Origin: the human T2T-CHM13v2.0 reference genome, Homo sapiens
Reading direction: 5' to 3' (one strand)
Length of the DNA: 64,000 bases
NCBI RefSeq assembly: GCF_009914755.1
Contig: NC_060936.1
Part shown: piece by piece, positions 16,057 through 29,875 of the stretch
How positions within the stretch are numbered: the stretch's first letter is position 1
Layout of the letters: the number at the start of each line of letters is the position of its first letter
Notes under the pieces: generated by a model
Database searches by the model: none
Told to the model about the DNA's origin: nothing
Seen by the model: the letters and a program-made list of their open reading frames with translations, nothing else
Position numbers and translations under genes: made by a program

Positions 16057-16791
16057 AGGATACTTTTTGTAAAGCTATTGTAAGCAACAAAGTACACTAT
16101 GTGCTTCTGTTTGTGTGTATGTGTATAACTGATGACAGGATAGAGAATATACAAATATAGCCACACGTGTATGCTTTTCATAAGTCTGACAGTGTAACTC
16201 AATAGGAAATAAAGTCTTTTCAACAAATGATGGGGGCACAATTGGATATCTGTATACACAAAAATAAAAATCAACCACTACCTCACACAATACTCAAAGA
16301 TTGACTCAAAACTATTGTACATCTAAAAGTAAAAGTTAAAATCATACAGTTAAATAAAAAATATAGAGAAAAAAATATGACCATGGGGAGGCAAAGATTT
16401 TGATCCGTAGGGCACAAAAGACAGGAAACATAAGGAAAAATTTGATAAGTTTGATGTCATCAAAATTAAAAGTGCATACTCCTTGAGAGATATCATTATG
16501 TAAATTAAAGGCAAGTCACAGACTGGAAGAAAATATTCACAATTCATGTAGCTGACAAATGACTTACGTCTGGAATATACAAAGTATACTAATATTAAAA
16601 CTCAGTTATATGATAAACAACCTAGTAGAAATAGACAAATGCTTTGAACAGACATTTCACAAAAGAAGATATACATTGGGCAATAAGCAGACATGCCCAA
16701 ATCATTAGTCATTAGGAAAATGGAAATTAAAAACACAGTGAGGCACCGCCACACTCCACTAGAATGGCTACGTGTAAAGATACTAATTGTT

Positions 16792-17102
<311 letters not shown>

Positions 17103-17216
17103 TTAAATTCTCATGCACTTTTGGTGGGGGCATAAGATGACACAAACTTTTGGAAAACTGTCCATTTATTTTTAAACGGTTACCCCTATATTTACCTGGT
17201 GACTGAATTTTACTTC

Positions 17217-17647
17217 TGTGAAAGGAAAGTATCTTGGGACCCCTCAAGCTGGGAACCGCTCAGGACAAATCTGCCTCCCATTCTATTCAAAGTCACCCCT
17301 CTGCTCACAGAGACCGATGCATATTCTGATTGCCTCCTTTGGAAAAACTTATCAGAAACTCAAAAGAATGCAACTGTTCGTCTCTCACCTACCTGTGGCC
17401 TGAAAGCCCCTAGTGGGAGGCCTTGCTTTGAGTTGTCCCCACCTTTCTGGATGGACCTAATGTACTTCTTACATATATTGATTGATGTCTCATGTCTCCC
17501 TAAAATGTATAAAACCAAGCTGTGCCCCGACCACCTTGGGCATGTGTCATCAGGACCTCCTGAGGCTGTGTCATGGGTGCATCCTCAACCTTGGCAAAAT
17601 AAACTTTCTAAATTAACTGAGACCTGCCTCCGATTTCCGGGATCACA
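17217..17647 (+). mobile_element. MER4A-type ERV1 solo LTR
   Basis: TGTGAAAGGAAA...GATCACA, AATAAA signal, perfect TSD CTTC. Confidence 0.85.
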
Positions 17648-17783
17648 CTTCCTTTACTTATCTACTAGAGCAAAATAAAAGTGTACATCCATCCAAAGAC
17701 TTGTCTATGAGTGTTCATAGCAAGATTTATTTGTAGGAGCTCATAACTGGACTCAGCACAAAAGTCTACCAATGCATGAATAC

Positions 17784-18179
17784 TGATAAAAGAAAAACTT
17801 CAACCAAATTAAACTTAAGAGTTTAATTGAGCAATGAATGATTCATGAATCGGGCAGCCTCCTGAGCCAAAGTAGGCTCAGAGACTCCAGCGCAGCCACA
17901 TGGTGGGGGAAGATGTAGGGACAGGAAAAGGAAAGTGATGTAGAGAAAACAGAAGTGAAGAATGGAAATGGCCAGGTTGGTTACAGCTTGGTGTTTGCCT
18001 TATTTGAACATGCGTCAAACAGTTGTCCACATTTCATAGGCCAAAACTCGGTGATTGACACAAGTGTAGGCTACAGTCTGTTTACACCTCCACTTGTTAC
18101 AGTTCATGATGTACAGAAAACCTTTAGGCCAAACTTCAAATATGTAAGGAGGAAGCTTTAGGCTAAACTTGATTTAACA
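17784..18179 (-). mobile_element. MER57-type ERV1 solo LTR
   Basis: Reverse strand begins TGTTAAATCAAGTTTAGCCTAAAGC; perfect TSD ATAC. Confidence 0.85.
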
Positions 18180-18320
18180 ATACATAAACAAAGTGGCCTG
18201 TTCATGCAAAGGAATACTACTCAGGAACAACAACAAAAACAAATTACGGACAAACGATATCACAGATAAATCTCAGAAACATTATGCTGAGCAAAAGAAA
18301 AGAAGCCAACACATTAATGT

Positions 18321-18790
18321 TGTCACGCGTGTGCGTATAGAAGACCACCTAAACAGGCTTTGTGTGAGCAACAAGGCTGTTTATTCACTTGGGTGCAAGT
18401 GGGCTGAGCCCGAAAAGAGAGTCAGTGAAGGGAGATAGGACAGGGGCAGCTTTATAGGGCCTGGGTAGGCAGTGGAAAGCTACAGTTAAAGGTGGTTATC
18501 TGTTGTCAGCAGGGGAGGCGGGGGGTCACAAGGTGCATGGTGGAGAGATCATGGGACTCATTGTCCAGAAGAATGTCACAGGGTCGATCGATCAGTTGGG
18601 GCGGGGCAGGAACAAGTCTTAATGGTAGAATGTCGTAAGGTGGGTTAATTAGTTAAGGCAGGAACTGTCTGTTTCACTTCTTTGTGGTTTTTTGGCTACT
18701 CCAGACTTCTTGGCTCCTGTGGGCCATCTGGACGTATATGTGCAGGTCGCTGGGGTTACAATGGCTGAGCTTTGGCTCAGAGGCCTGACA
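18321..18790 (-). mobile_element. HERV-H solo LTR (LTR7C-like)
   Basis: Reverse strand begins TGTCAGGCCTCTGAGCC and contains AATAAACAGCCTTGTTGCTCACACAAAGCCTGTT; perfect 5-bp TSD AATGT. Confidence 0.9.
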
Positions 18791-18793
18791 AAT

Positions 18794-19212
18794 GTGTTAT
18801 TTCGAGTCCTCCAAGAAGCAGACATTCAGATGGGATGAGACAGTGCAAGAGTTGCAAAGGACAGTGAGGTCAAAGCAGGGGAGGCAGCAACCTCCTTTGC
18901 ACCATGATACCAGCTGAATACCTGTGAAAGATGAGGGAGAGGGAGAGAGTATTCTGTAGGAAGAATCAAAGGCTGCAATGCAATTCTGAGAAACTTTCAT
19001 CCAGGTCAGCAGTCAGTCCTCAAGATAAAATATTCTGTTACACGTGTTCGTGGGAGTGGGCTGGCACTTGAATCCTGGCTGAGCTTGCCTGTTGGCTTGG
19101 GGCAGGCTGGGGTTAAGTGGCCTGAGGGCAAATCCAGAGATGGGCCAAGAGATGCACATCTGGGACGGTCAGAGCTGGAGAGCTGGGCAGTGTATTTTGA
19201 CATCTGCCACAA
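18794..19212 (-). mobile_element. Old ERVL LTR (LTR33/40/41-like)
   Basis: TGTGTTATTTCGAGTCCTCCAAGAAGCAGAC resembles an antisense ERVL LTR 3' end. Confidence 0.5.
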
Positions 19213-19230
19213 GTACATACCATGTGATTC

Positions 19231-19564
19231 TGATACAGACAGAAGACAGGGAAATACTGGGTAGAAGAGGAGGGTTCCCCAGCCAAAAGGCAGAGGGTCC
19301 ACTGAGCTGTTTAACACTTATGCCGTCCATAGATGGCAAGCCTAAAAGAGCACACTGTAGCATGCGCCCACTTGGGCTTCAGGAGTTGCAGCCTCTCACC
19401 CCTGGACGCTGCCATGAGGCCGGAGCCCAAGGGTGCTCAGTTGGCTCCTGGACCTGCCCATCTGCATGTTCCTACTCCAGTAAGGGGTTTGAAGGTGGCT
19501 GAACAGAGCAGCCACACCCTTGTCACACATCCTGTGAGGGGGGTCAGGGAACTCTCCTGTTTCA
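19231..19564 (+). mobile_element. Internally deleted ERV1 LTR (LTR1/LTR27/LTR28 group)
   Basis: TGATACAGACAGAAGACAGGGAAATACTGGG...GGGAACTCTCCTGTTTCA; perfect TSD ATTC. Confidence 0.78.
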
Positions 19565-19842
19565 ATTCCATTCATATGAAACTCCAGAAAAGAAAATCTA
19601 ATCTTGAGTGAAATAAAAGCAGATCAAGTTTTCCTCGGGGGGAAGGCAGGGGGAAATTTGGAAGAGGCAGAAGATAAACTTTGGGAGTGATTTAAATGAC
19701 CTGCATCTTGATTGTGACGATACAGATGCACACATTTGTCAAATAAGTAGATTTTAAGGGCAAAAAGATTTTTTAGGACAGAATGAGAGAACTTAGGTAG
19801 AATAACTTACAAATTATGAACATTGGTTCCCCCTTGGGGGTA

Positions 19843-20436
19843 TGTAACTGAGTATCCCCATTTTTCTAAGAGAGAATGAGTTATTTTCTAAATTATTTTG
19901 TTATTGTTTTCCCTTTTCCTCCTTTCCACTATTTCCCACTTCCTACTTAGTTCTTTAGAAATGCACCTATAACTGTACCTTCCCTTCACCAGACCCTCCC
20001 TACAGGGCAAGCTTATCTAACCATGTGCTTTCTTAGAAGCTCCAGAGTGCAACTCTCTCCCACGAGCAGATTGCCTCAGGAGACATCAGTCAATTTACCA
20101 CCTAAAAGTATGCCCTCAAAGGAACGCTCTTCCACCTGGAGAGTATCTCCAGACAGTGGCCAGTTTACAGCCTAGCTCTGCCAGCCATGGTGCCAGCTTG
20201 AGCACCCAGCAGAATAACCCTGTAGCTGCTCTCTTCCTCCCCTGTATTCCATTCATGCCAAGTGTTCCTTTAAAAGCCCCTGCTTTCCTCCCCAAAAGCA
20301 AGGACTTAAAGGTAGGAGCCTGTACTTCTTCCCTTAAGCTAAGCTTTGGAATAAAATCACTTTTCTTATACTGGACCTGGCTCTTGTTAATTGGACTCTG
20401 CAAGTGGCAAGTGATTGAAGCTGTGTTTCGGTTATA
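19843..20436 (+). mobile_element. MER66-like ERV1 solo LTR
   Basis: TGTAACTGAGTATCCCCATTTTTCTAAGAG start, AATAAA near 20350, TTCGGTTATA end. Confidence 0.68.
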
Positions 20437-20555
20437 AGTGGACTTCGAAGGGGCTGGTCATTGGGTAATTTTCCCTTTACATATTTGTGCATAAAATATG
20501 TTACCTTTATAATAAAAAAGTTAAAATTTCCATAAAGTAGAAAAGTCCTTTTAGA

Positions 20556-20860
20556 TTTTTGTTTGTTTGTTTGTTTGTTTGTTGTGAGACAGATTTGCTC
20601 TTGTTGCCCAGGCTGGACTGCAGTGGTGCAATCTTGGCTCACGGCTCACCGCAACATCCGCCACCTGGGTTCAAGCAATTCTGCGTCAGCCTCCCGAGCA
20701 GCTGGGATTACAGGCACGTGCCTGCTAATTTTGTATTTTTAATAGAGACATAGTTTCTCCATGTTGGTCAGACTGGTCTTGAACTCCCAACCTCAGGTGA
20801 TCTGCCCACCTCGGCCTCCCAAAGTGCTGGGATTACAGGTGTGAGCCACCGTGCCTGGCT
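20556..20860 (-). mobile_element. AluS with (TTTG)n tail
   Basis: Antisense Alu dimer. Confidence 0.93.
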
Positions 20861-22648
20861 GATTGACTTTTATAATTAAAATGCACACTATATACTAGAG
20901 TTTTTCAAACATATGAAGCCATGCTTTGGACTTTAAATTGCGTGAGTGAGTTCATAGAATCAAGGTTTTTTTCAGCTGCCGCCACTGCTATACCTTTTGA
21001 ACAACTCCAGACTGGAGCGAGCTTGCTCTGACTTGCCTTTGCAAAGCCACATTCCGTTTTCTCTGCTTAATAATTTGAAACTTCTCCTTGTCCATGGGCC
21101 CCAAGGAGATGCCATCCTTTCTCACTCTCCCCATTTTCAAGTGATGATTAATGCGAAGTTGAATCCTGTCACTTTGCAATTTTATTTAGACATGTACAGT
21201 AGATTAAATACAAGGGTGTCTAATGATGAATATGACACAATTTTTTTTAATCCATGTCTTCTCAGGAATTGGCTTGTCTTAGCTACAAAAAGGAAGCCCA
21301 TACTATATCAAACCCATGCTCGCATTTCTCATTAGTATCTATCATGTGAGATTCAGCCAAATGATATGTCACCAGAGTTTCTGCAAGGAGAAGTTTATGC
21401 TGAATTTTGCAAATGATTCCATAGATTATTCCAGAACCCACCTTGAGTAAAAGATAATGGAAACAAATTGTTTTAAGCCCAACTTCAGAAATGTTCTTGG
21501 AAACGGCCTTGGGCAACCCTGGCTCTCTATGTGTGGCTCTGAGGCCCATTGAAACAGAGTTTGTAATTGCTCGCTGCATTTGTGAAACTTTTTGTAGTTG
21601 TTCTAAAGAGCTCTTTGTTCAGATTGTCTTTTATCAAGGCTCCAAAGTTAACCAAGGAGGAAGAAAGGAAGGGCTTAGCTTTTATTATGTGTGCGACTTT
21701 TTGTACTTTTCATAAATGGTTTTTTTGTTTTGTTTCTCACATATATTTGGAGAATCTGCTTTTCACATCTCTCAAATAATAGGAGCCAAGATAGAAATCT
21801 TCTTCCATTAAGAAGACAGAGGATTTCGGAAAGCACTTGCAATCAGGAGGAAAAAGCTATTGGCTATATTTTTTGTCCCTAAGAGAAACATGGAGAAAAA
21901 AGTGTCTTCATTAAATGTCTTGAATAGTTTCTGAAGGCAGTTATTGAACATCATCCACAATTCCAATCCAGCCAGGCATGGTTTTGAGGCCAACCCATCA
22001 AACCTGTGCCACACTGCAGTGTATGATTAATAGCTTTCCAGGAGATGATGGGCCCTGAATCTATTATTCAGGTGATAAACACAGAGAACAAATTCGTTAC
22101 TTCATGATGGACTTTCCAATGGACTGTGAGGATGCTCTCGGTAATGGACAAGAGTGGGGCGGGGGGCACTGATCCTTCGGCCTTGAAAAAACAGAATGTT
22201 ATGAGCATCATTTTGATCAAAGAGTATGTCTGAGGGTTTCCTAAGTGTAGACTTTACCATAATGAGACAGCAGACCCACACTTCTTCAATTCTGAAAATA
22301 AAACAAACAAAGCAATCTTATTCATTCATCTACACTGTCAATGAGCACTTATTCGCAGTCAGGGTTAATGATGAATTTTCTATCCCATAAACTAATGAAG
22401 AATAAAGACCACTCTAGAGAGTTTATAATGTAATATATAAAATGTTCTGTTAGGACTTGAACCTAGTACCTGGGAATTGAAATGTGTCATAATGGACCTT
22501 CCAGAATGTCCTCAGAAAAGGCTTAGGTTCCCAATTTCCTCTTTCAATGTTCTTCTTTTTAGGGGCGTGGTTGTTTTGGGCTGTGCCAGGGTCACTACAT
22601 TCATTTTGATAAGATATCTGTATGGCGGGATTGAGAAAAAAATGAACA

Positions 22649-22937
22649 GACTGGGCATGGTGGCTCACATCTATAATCCCAGCACTATGGGAGGCTGAGG
22701 CAGGCAGATCACTTGAGGTCAGGAGTTTGAGACCAGCCAGGCCAACATGGAGAAACCCTGTCTCTACCGAAAATACAAAAATTAGCCGGGCGTAGTGGTG
22801 GGCACCTATCATCTCAGCTACTCAGGAGGCTGAGGCATGAGAGTCTGGGAGGTGGAGGCTACAGTGAGCCGAGATCGTGCCACTGCACTCCCGCCTGAGT
22901 GACAGTGCAAGACTCCATCTCAACAACAACAAAAAAA
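22649..22937 (+). mobile_element. AluS
   Basis: Alu dimer with small deletion in the right arm. Confidence 0.93.
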
Positions 22938-24362
22938 CAGTGTGCAATTGACTTGCATAAGGCTCTTCAAACAGGCTCTGTGGACGGAGAAGTGACCCTG
23001 AAAAAGTAGGGTGGAATACGGTTCATGAAGCCCTCATAAAACAGAGAAAGTTGTAACTGGATTTCGCAGATGACAGTGGCCAAAGCTTCTGCCCTGGAAA
23101 ATAAATAAAAGGACAACGGCTTCCTCCCGCTCATCAGCCCTTAGCATCCCTGATAACTGACATTTCCATCTCCGGGGAGAGGACAGACTAAGTATTTAAA
23201 CATTGGACTAAGTCAACATTGGACTAGATTCTGTCTCAGGATGCCCAAATTTTTGTCCCTTTCCCATTTAAATAATCAGAAGATCCATCCCACATCAAGG
23301 AGGCTTTCTTAACTTTGGCAGCTCATCCGACACTCTTAGGAAGTCTCATGTTCCCAGAGGAGGAGACCCCAGCGGTGACTTCTGAAAGCCGAGACAGAGA
23401 GTGGAAGACGTGAAAGTATGGAGGAGCTGGGTGATAGAAGGTGATCCATGCAGAAACAGCAGGAACTATAAAATCTCTGAAGACCAAGAAGGTCAGTTCA
23501 GGGCCATTGAAGAATCACACTTGGCTGGAGACTGGTATCAAGTGGAGGAAGCCACAAATTATGAAACACCATAAGTAAAAGGCGCCAGGTCCCCCAGGGG
23601 CTTGCTAGCTACCGAAATACATTTTCATTCTCTCTTGGAGCAACGAGGAGTGGTGAAAGATTTTATTAATGGGAGTGGCATGGTCACTGTACTTTAGAAC
23701 ATCACTCTGGGCAGTGTGTGGTGAATGAATTAGAGGAAGGTCGGTTAGGCCCTGCTGCAGGTGTCCAGGTGAGGACTAGGGTCTAGAGAGAATGATAGGA
23801 GTGATGGAAAAGAGGAATTGGGTGCATTTGAATGTCATTGAGAAGGACTGCATTGCATTCATTTAAGCTTCCAGGACAGCATAACAATTTTTTAAATGTA
23901 GAAGTATACTAGTATCTTACTATGCTCAGGAATAAGTATAATCAGATTAATATGTAGCTTCCCTTCCACTGGGCTGAACTGTTTAGGGTGGGTTCAGCCT
24001 TCCTTGGTGGATATGAGTATAAAAGCAATCAAGGTCACTAACCCACTCAAGTAACAAGAACCAGTCTATTAAAAGAAAAAAAATCAGTCGAAAACATTGC
24101 TATATCCCAGTCCTGAATGTTGAAGCAATTGGTGAACACTTTTCAGTGACTTACATAGACTAGGAACGCATCAGCAGGAGAAACAAGTTTGCATTTGCAA
24201 GTTATTCTTCATCACTCAGATTCCAGGAAAATCTCTTTTACTGCAAATCCGACCCAACCCCTTGAGACCATCCATCACCGCAGTGTGAACCTCTCCCCTG
24301 ACCTTTGCTCACCATGTTGATTCATACCTAATTAGTTGTCACTTCATTTCCAGGTGACCTTT

Positions 24363-25074
24363 TGTAACTACCCAAGGGGTTCTTCCTGCCCACTGCGCAA
24401 ATAAAGACCACAACACTGCAATAAAGAAAGAGTTTCACAGACAGGAGGCCAGCCACGCCACGTGGGAGGTGGAGTTAACACTCAAATCAGTCTCATCCAA
24501 GGCTCATAAGCAGGAGCTTTTCAAAGACAGTGTGGGGTAAGGGCCGGTGGTTGCTAGGCAATGAGTGCTTGCTGCTGATGGGTTGGGGCAGAGATGAAGT
24601 CATAGGAGATCCAAGCTGTCCTCTTGCATTGAATCACTTCTGGGTGGGGTCACGGGAGTGAGATTGGTCTACATGGAGACATGGTGTCAGATATCAAAAA
24701 AAAAAACAAACAAACAAACAAAAAAACAAACAAACCAAAAAACCCTGAAAATGTATTATATTTCAAAAGGTCAATCTATAATAGTGGTGTTATCTGCTGG
24801 AATGACTGACAATGTATGTCCACACTTTAGCAGAATTCAGATTCCCCTTCTCCCCCAGCCTGATGGCCTTTCATTAGCTTTACAAAGGCGGTTGAGTTTT
24901 GGGGAAGTGCTATTGTCATTTAAACGATTAATATCAGCTAAATATCTTCCAAAGTCAGCTCAGCCCAAAAGCCCAGGAATAAATTAGAAAAAGGCAAAAT
25001 GGGGGTGGGTTAGAACAGATCTCTTTCATGGCCATAATTTTCTCACTGTTATAATTTTTGCGCAGGCACTTTCC
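24363..25074 (-). mobile_element. ERV1 solo LTR (MER50/LTR8 group)
   Basis: Reverse strand has GCAAAAATTATAACAGTGAGAAAATTATGG near its 5' end and ends GGTAGTTACA. Confidence 0.72.
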
Positions 25075-26034
25075 CTCTCTTGGTATAAAATCACTGCCAG
25101 GAGATGGCCTCCAAATCCGAGCAGCCAGAAAAGCTATTAGGGCAGCTCATTCTCATGGGGATCCTTGACTGGTTTTAGCAGGATCCCACCTGCCTGGTTT
25201 TCTCATCTCACCTTGTGAGTACTGGGAGAGGCACTCTGCAGCCTTTTTCTCTATAATCCGTCCCTTTTTCCAGCAGCTCGAATGAAATCCCCGATCTAAC
25301 ACATCCTGTTTTTGTCAGCACTGCCTCATGTGCTTTCATCCCCTAGAAAAACCAGTTTCCCTCCCAATTGGCCCTACTCACGCTGTCCCACCTGTTACAC
25401 GTGCCTTTCCAAGTTGCTTCTCTGTACAGGAGAAATAACAGTCCACACCCTACTTCTCACCTGTATTCTCCTCTTCAGTGATTCTTCCATCCCCTTCTCC
25501 TTTCCACGCTAGAAGATAAGCCTCTGTCCCCTCTCAGACATAGACTTTTCCATCTCATAAATACATGCCACCAACTAAAAATTCTGAGCTAGTTACCCTC
25601 TGCTCTGCTCTTTTCTAAGCTAAAAGTGTTTCAATTACATGATGTTTCCTGGTTCACTCTTTTTGAATCTACACCAAGACCAAACAGGGATTTAAAAAAT
25701 CATTAACCTGAATGAGAATCATCTCATAAACTCCTTTTTATGAAAGAGGAAATGGAGGCACAGGGAGTCCAGTGATGGGTCCAAAGTCACACAGTGATTC
25801 AGTGACAGAGCAACACAGCCAAAGCTCAAATTGGCTCCACAAACTCCAATCTATGTGCTCTGTTGTGGATGGGGAAGCCAACCATCTCAGTTTGCCCATG
25901 ACTCAGAGCTTTCCTGGGATGCAGAAGTTTACTGCTAAAGCCAGGAAGAGTTCCAGGCAAACTGGAGTGATTTGGCCACCCTGGTTCTGTGCAAACGTTG
26001 GAGATAAGCTTGTTGTTGCATCCAGGACAGGACA

Positions 26035-26260
26035 ATGGGGTGGCCAAGAGGGTGGACTGTGGAGCCCGACTGCCTGGGTTCCAACCCCAATTCTCTCATC
26101 AATTGGCTGGTGACTCAACAAGCTGCTTAGTGTCTCTGGGAACAAATTTCTGTATCCTCAAAAAGGGCCTGACAGTCTACTTCAGACTCCATACAGTTGT
26201 GATGATTCAGTGAGCTGACATGGATAAAGCACTGAGAAAGGGCCTGGAACCGTGTCAGAG
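26035..26260 (+). mobile_element. MIR
   Basis: GGAGCCCGACTGCCTGGGTTCCAACCCC...TTTCTGTATCCTCAAAAAGGG. Confidence 0.65.
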
Positions 26261-26825
26261 CAGGTTCCTTCTCAGCAATGCTTGTGACCACTGTATGTCA
26301 CCAGCCACCAGCCCTGAAACAGCCCAGACACAGGCACTGAGGACCCCGTGCCAGAGCCGGGCCAGGGGACATAAGTTAGACTCTCTCTTTGGACACAAAA
26401 GTTAAGGGGGTGCCACAAATCGCAGCAATCCAGATAAATACTATTTTAATGCAGTATGTTAAGAAATCAAAATGAATGCAAAAAATCCATGGCGGACAAA
26501 ATATCAAAAATTTAAATAAAGACAGGGTCCACCAGTGCCATGCTGAGATATTGGAGCCCACGGCAAAAGGAAAACTGTGTGCCCTTATACATAGGCTTTA
26601 TGGAAATTTTAATAATTTAATGAAGGTTTTATGAAAATACTATTGATGAGTTTGCTTTCCTTAAAGCCAAGAAAATAAAAATATAGTAAATTTCATTTGG
26701 GGTATAAGTAAAATATTTAACATTAAAAATAATGCTGCAACTTTTAATACAACTGCTTTTCAATTTTTAATTTTTTTTTCATTTAGTTTAATGTTCCAGA
26801 AAAAAATAATCATGAAAAATACATT

Positions 26826-27310
26826 AAAATAGGTACGCTTTGTGTCTGGCATTTTTCACTTAGCAGAATGTTTGTAGCATGCATCAGTGTTTTGTTCCTT
26901 TTTATAGTCAAATAATATTCCATTGTGCGGATAGACCACATTGTGCCCACCCATTCATCTGCCGACAGACGTTTGCGTGGTTTCCACCTTTTCTCTATTG
27001 TGACTGGTTGATACTATAACATGCACAGTTTGAGTATTCATTTGGGTACCTACGTCTAATTCCATCTACGTCAGATATGTAGAATAGGCAAATCCACAGA
27101 GAAAGAAAGGAGGCTGGTGGTCCTCAGGGGCTGTGGGCAGGGCGGGAATGTGGAGTAACTGCTTGACGGCTGCAGGTTTCCTTTCAGTATGATGAAATAC
27201 TTTGCAGCTACATAGGGCTGTACAACATGGAGAATATACTGAATGCACTCAGATGTTCACTTTAAATTGGGTAACTTTATGATACAACATTTGACCTTAA
27301 TAACAATTGA
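26826..27310. mobile_element. L1MB 3' fragment with 5' inversion (about 26826-27052 minus, 27053-27310 plus)
   Basis: Adjacent L1 3' segments in opposite orientation that are contiguous in the L1MB consensus. Confidence 0.75.
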
Positions 27311-27824
27311 GATTGAATTATGTATTGGGGGTGGATATTCTTTCTTCTGCCTGGGACGCCAACATGGCTTATGCTGGCTGCACCATGCAGCGTGCACTCC
27401 ATCGTCCCCTCTCGTGGACTTCTCTCCATTCCCTGAGCTCCAGGTCCAGCCTCATCCCAGGGAGCTTCCAGCCAGCGCCTCAACTGGGAGGACCATAGCC
27501 AGGAATAGGGTGTGGTGCAGTCCCAGCCAGAGTCACTTGCTTATGGACAACGGACCTCTGAAGAGGCAGGTCCTTCGGAATGGAAAGACTGCTCCAGGGA
27601 AGGAGCTTCAAGCTGAGATGGAGCGGGAAGGAGGAGGAAAGAAGGTGAATTTGGGCCAGTGATGCGTGGCTGCACACCTGCAAATCACATGACTCAGGGC
27701 CTGCCTCTGGGTCACACTGAGCATGGCCGCAGCAGACACGTCCTCACCCTCTTACTGCTCCATTCTGCTGCTCCTCATTCGTTCTCCAAGGCAAAGGATA
27801 ATGAAGATGAATGTAACAATCACA

Positions 27825-28030
27825 GCATCTGACACTTCCTGAAAGCTCACTATAGTCAGGACTGTTCTAAGTGACTTATATTTACGAGAACCCTACAAAA
27901 TGGGTAACATCATGTGCCTCATTTGACAGATAGAGGGGCTAAGGCTCAGAGAGGGTAAGGAACTTGCTATTAGCTGCACAGCTAATGAGGACAGGGTTGG
28001 GCTTTGAACACCAAATGCCTGTTTCCAGAA
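27825..28030 (-). mobile_element. MIR
   Basis: CATTTGACAGATAGAGGGGCTAAGGCTCAGAGAGGGTAAGGAACTTGC. Confidence 0.75.
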
Positions 28031-28106
28031 CCCCCTTTCGCAAGCATACATATCCCCCTTTGTCTAACTTCCTAAACCAAGAACCCAGGAGTCATCCCAA
28101 ACCCTG

Positions 28107-28719
28107 TAATATAGGAGTTAAGAAATCGCTCAGGCAGATAGTAAGGGTATGAGAGTGCTCGGTAAGCCTGTTTTTTTTTTAATGAAAAGCAGCCCCAGAT
28201 CATTTTCTAACAAACAGCAGCCTGTAAAGTCGAACTGCAGACATAGACAAGCAAGCTGGGAGCTTGCACGGGTGAATGCCAGCAGGAGCTAGGGGACTAG
28301 ACATGTTCAAGATGGCAGCTCCATCTTCCCTTCTCTGTCAGCCACGTGTGCAGCAAGGAGGGGACAAGATTGCCCTGATCAACTGGAAAGCCCATTTCCA
28401 TGGAAGATTGGGGTGGGGCCACCAGCCTTCCCCGAGCACTATGTAAACATCATACCTGATGGAACCAATCTGTAAGCCCTATGTAAATCAGACACCGCCT
28501 CCTCAAACCTGACTATAAAATTCAGCACATTTGCCACCAGCCTATGGTCCTTTCCACTCAGAGACCCCTCTTGCTATAGACAGAGCTATTTCTCTTTCTC
28601 TTCTCTTCTGCCTATTAAATCTCCGCTTCTAAACTCCTCATGTGGGTCCGTGTCCTAAATTTTCCTGGCATGCAACAAGGAACCGGAAGGTATATACCCC
28701 AGATGACATAGGCACTTCA
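28107..28719 (+). mobile_element. ERV1 solo LTR (LTR9/MER61 group)
   Basis: TAATATAGGAGTTAAGAAAT...GGCACTTCA with CCAAT, TATAAAA and ATTAAA; perfect TSD CCTG. Confidence 0.82.
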
Positions 28720-29275
28720 CCTGAACTTCCCTCCTTTCCTGTCAGTCACTGTTTTCTTTTCAGTTCCACTGTGCTAGTAGATAGAACTCCACCACACACC
28801 TTTTTACTGACATTCCTGCACTATTAGCTGATCTTTGCTCACTTTTTACCTTAATTATTTCAACGCCTCATTACTGCTAAAGGGAGATTTCTAAAATATA
28901 AATATTCTCCCCAGGATGCAAATACAAAAATGCACCTGTTTCCTTTTAGCAGCCTTTGGATAAAGCTCCAACTCTGCACACAGCTCCTCAAGGCCAGCAG
29001 GTCTGGATTTCCACGCTAGCTCCTGGGCTCCAGCCAAGCCAAATCGCTGCAAGTTTTCTTTCTACATCTTTGTTTCTCTGAATTCTGCCTCTGCTTCTCC
29101 CTTTGACTCCATATTCAGTACACCTGTTCCTTCCTCTTTGCTGGGCTCACTTCTACCCGTTCCTCAATGCTTAGGGCAGCTGTGGGCTCTCAGGAATGAC
29201 CTGTGATCTAGCAGGGCTGAGTTCCTGCCTTTGTGTTCTCATCTTATCACAACACTGGTCAAACTGGAGCTGTCA

Positions 29276-29631
<356 letters not shown>

Positions 29632-29875
29632 GAAAGGGAAGGGGAGGGGAAGGAGAAAGGGAAGGTAGCACCACCCAAGCTCTTGTTAAGAAAAGAAAGG
29701 AAAAGAAAAGAGAAGAAAGCACATCACCCAAGCTCTTGTTCTGGGAGGTATGGCTAGAGCTGCCCCCACTGAATAGTATTCAATATTTCTTGCCATCACT
29801 GTTGACTCAGTGTGTAGGGATGGACTAAGCCAAGCTGGGTTTTATTATCATCGCTGTTAATATCATTGGAATAAG

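Noticed and set aside
28299-28308. p53 response element in the LTR (AGACATGTTC)
   Set aside because: Only one perfect half-site; the adjacent decamers do not fit RRRCWWGYYY.
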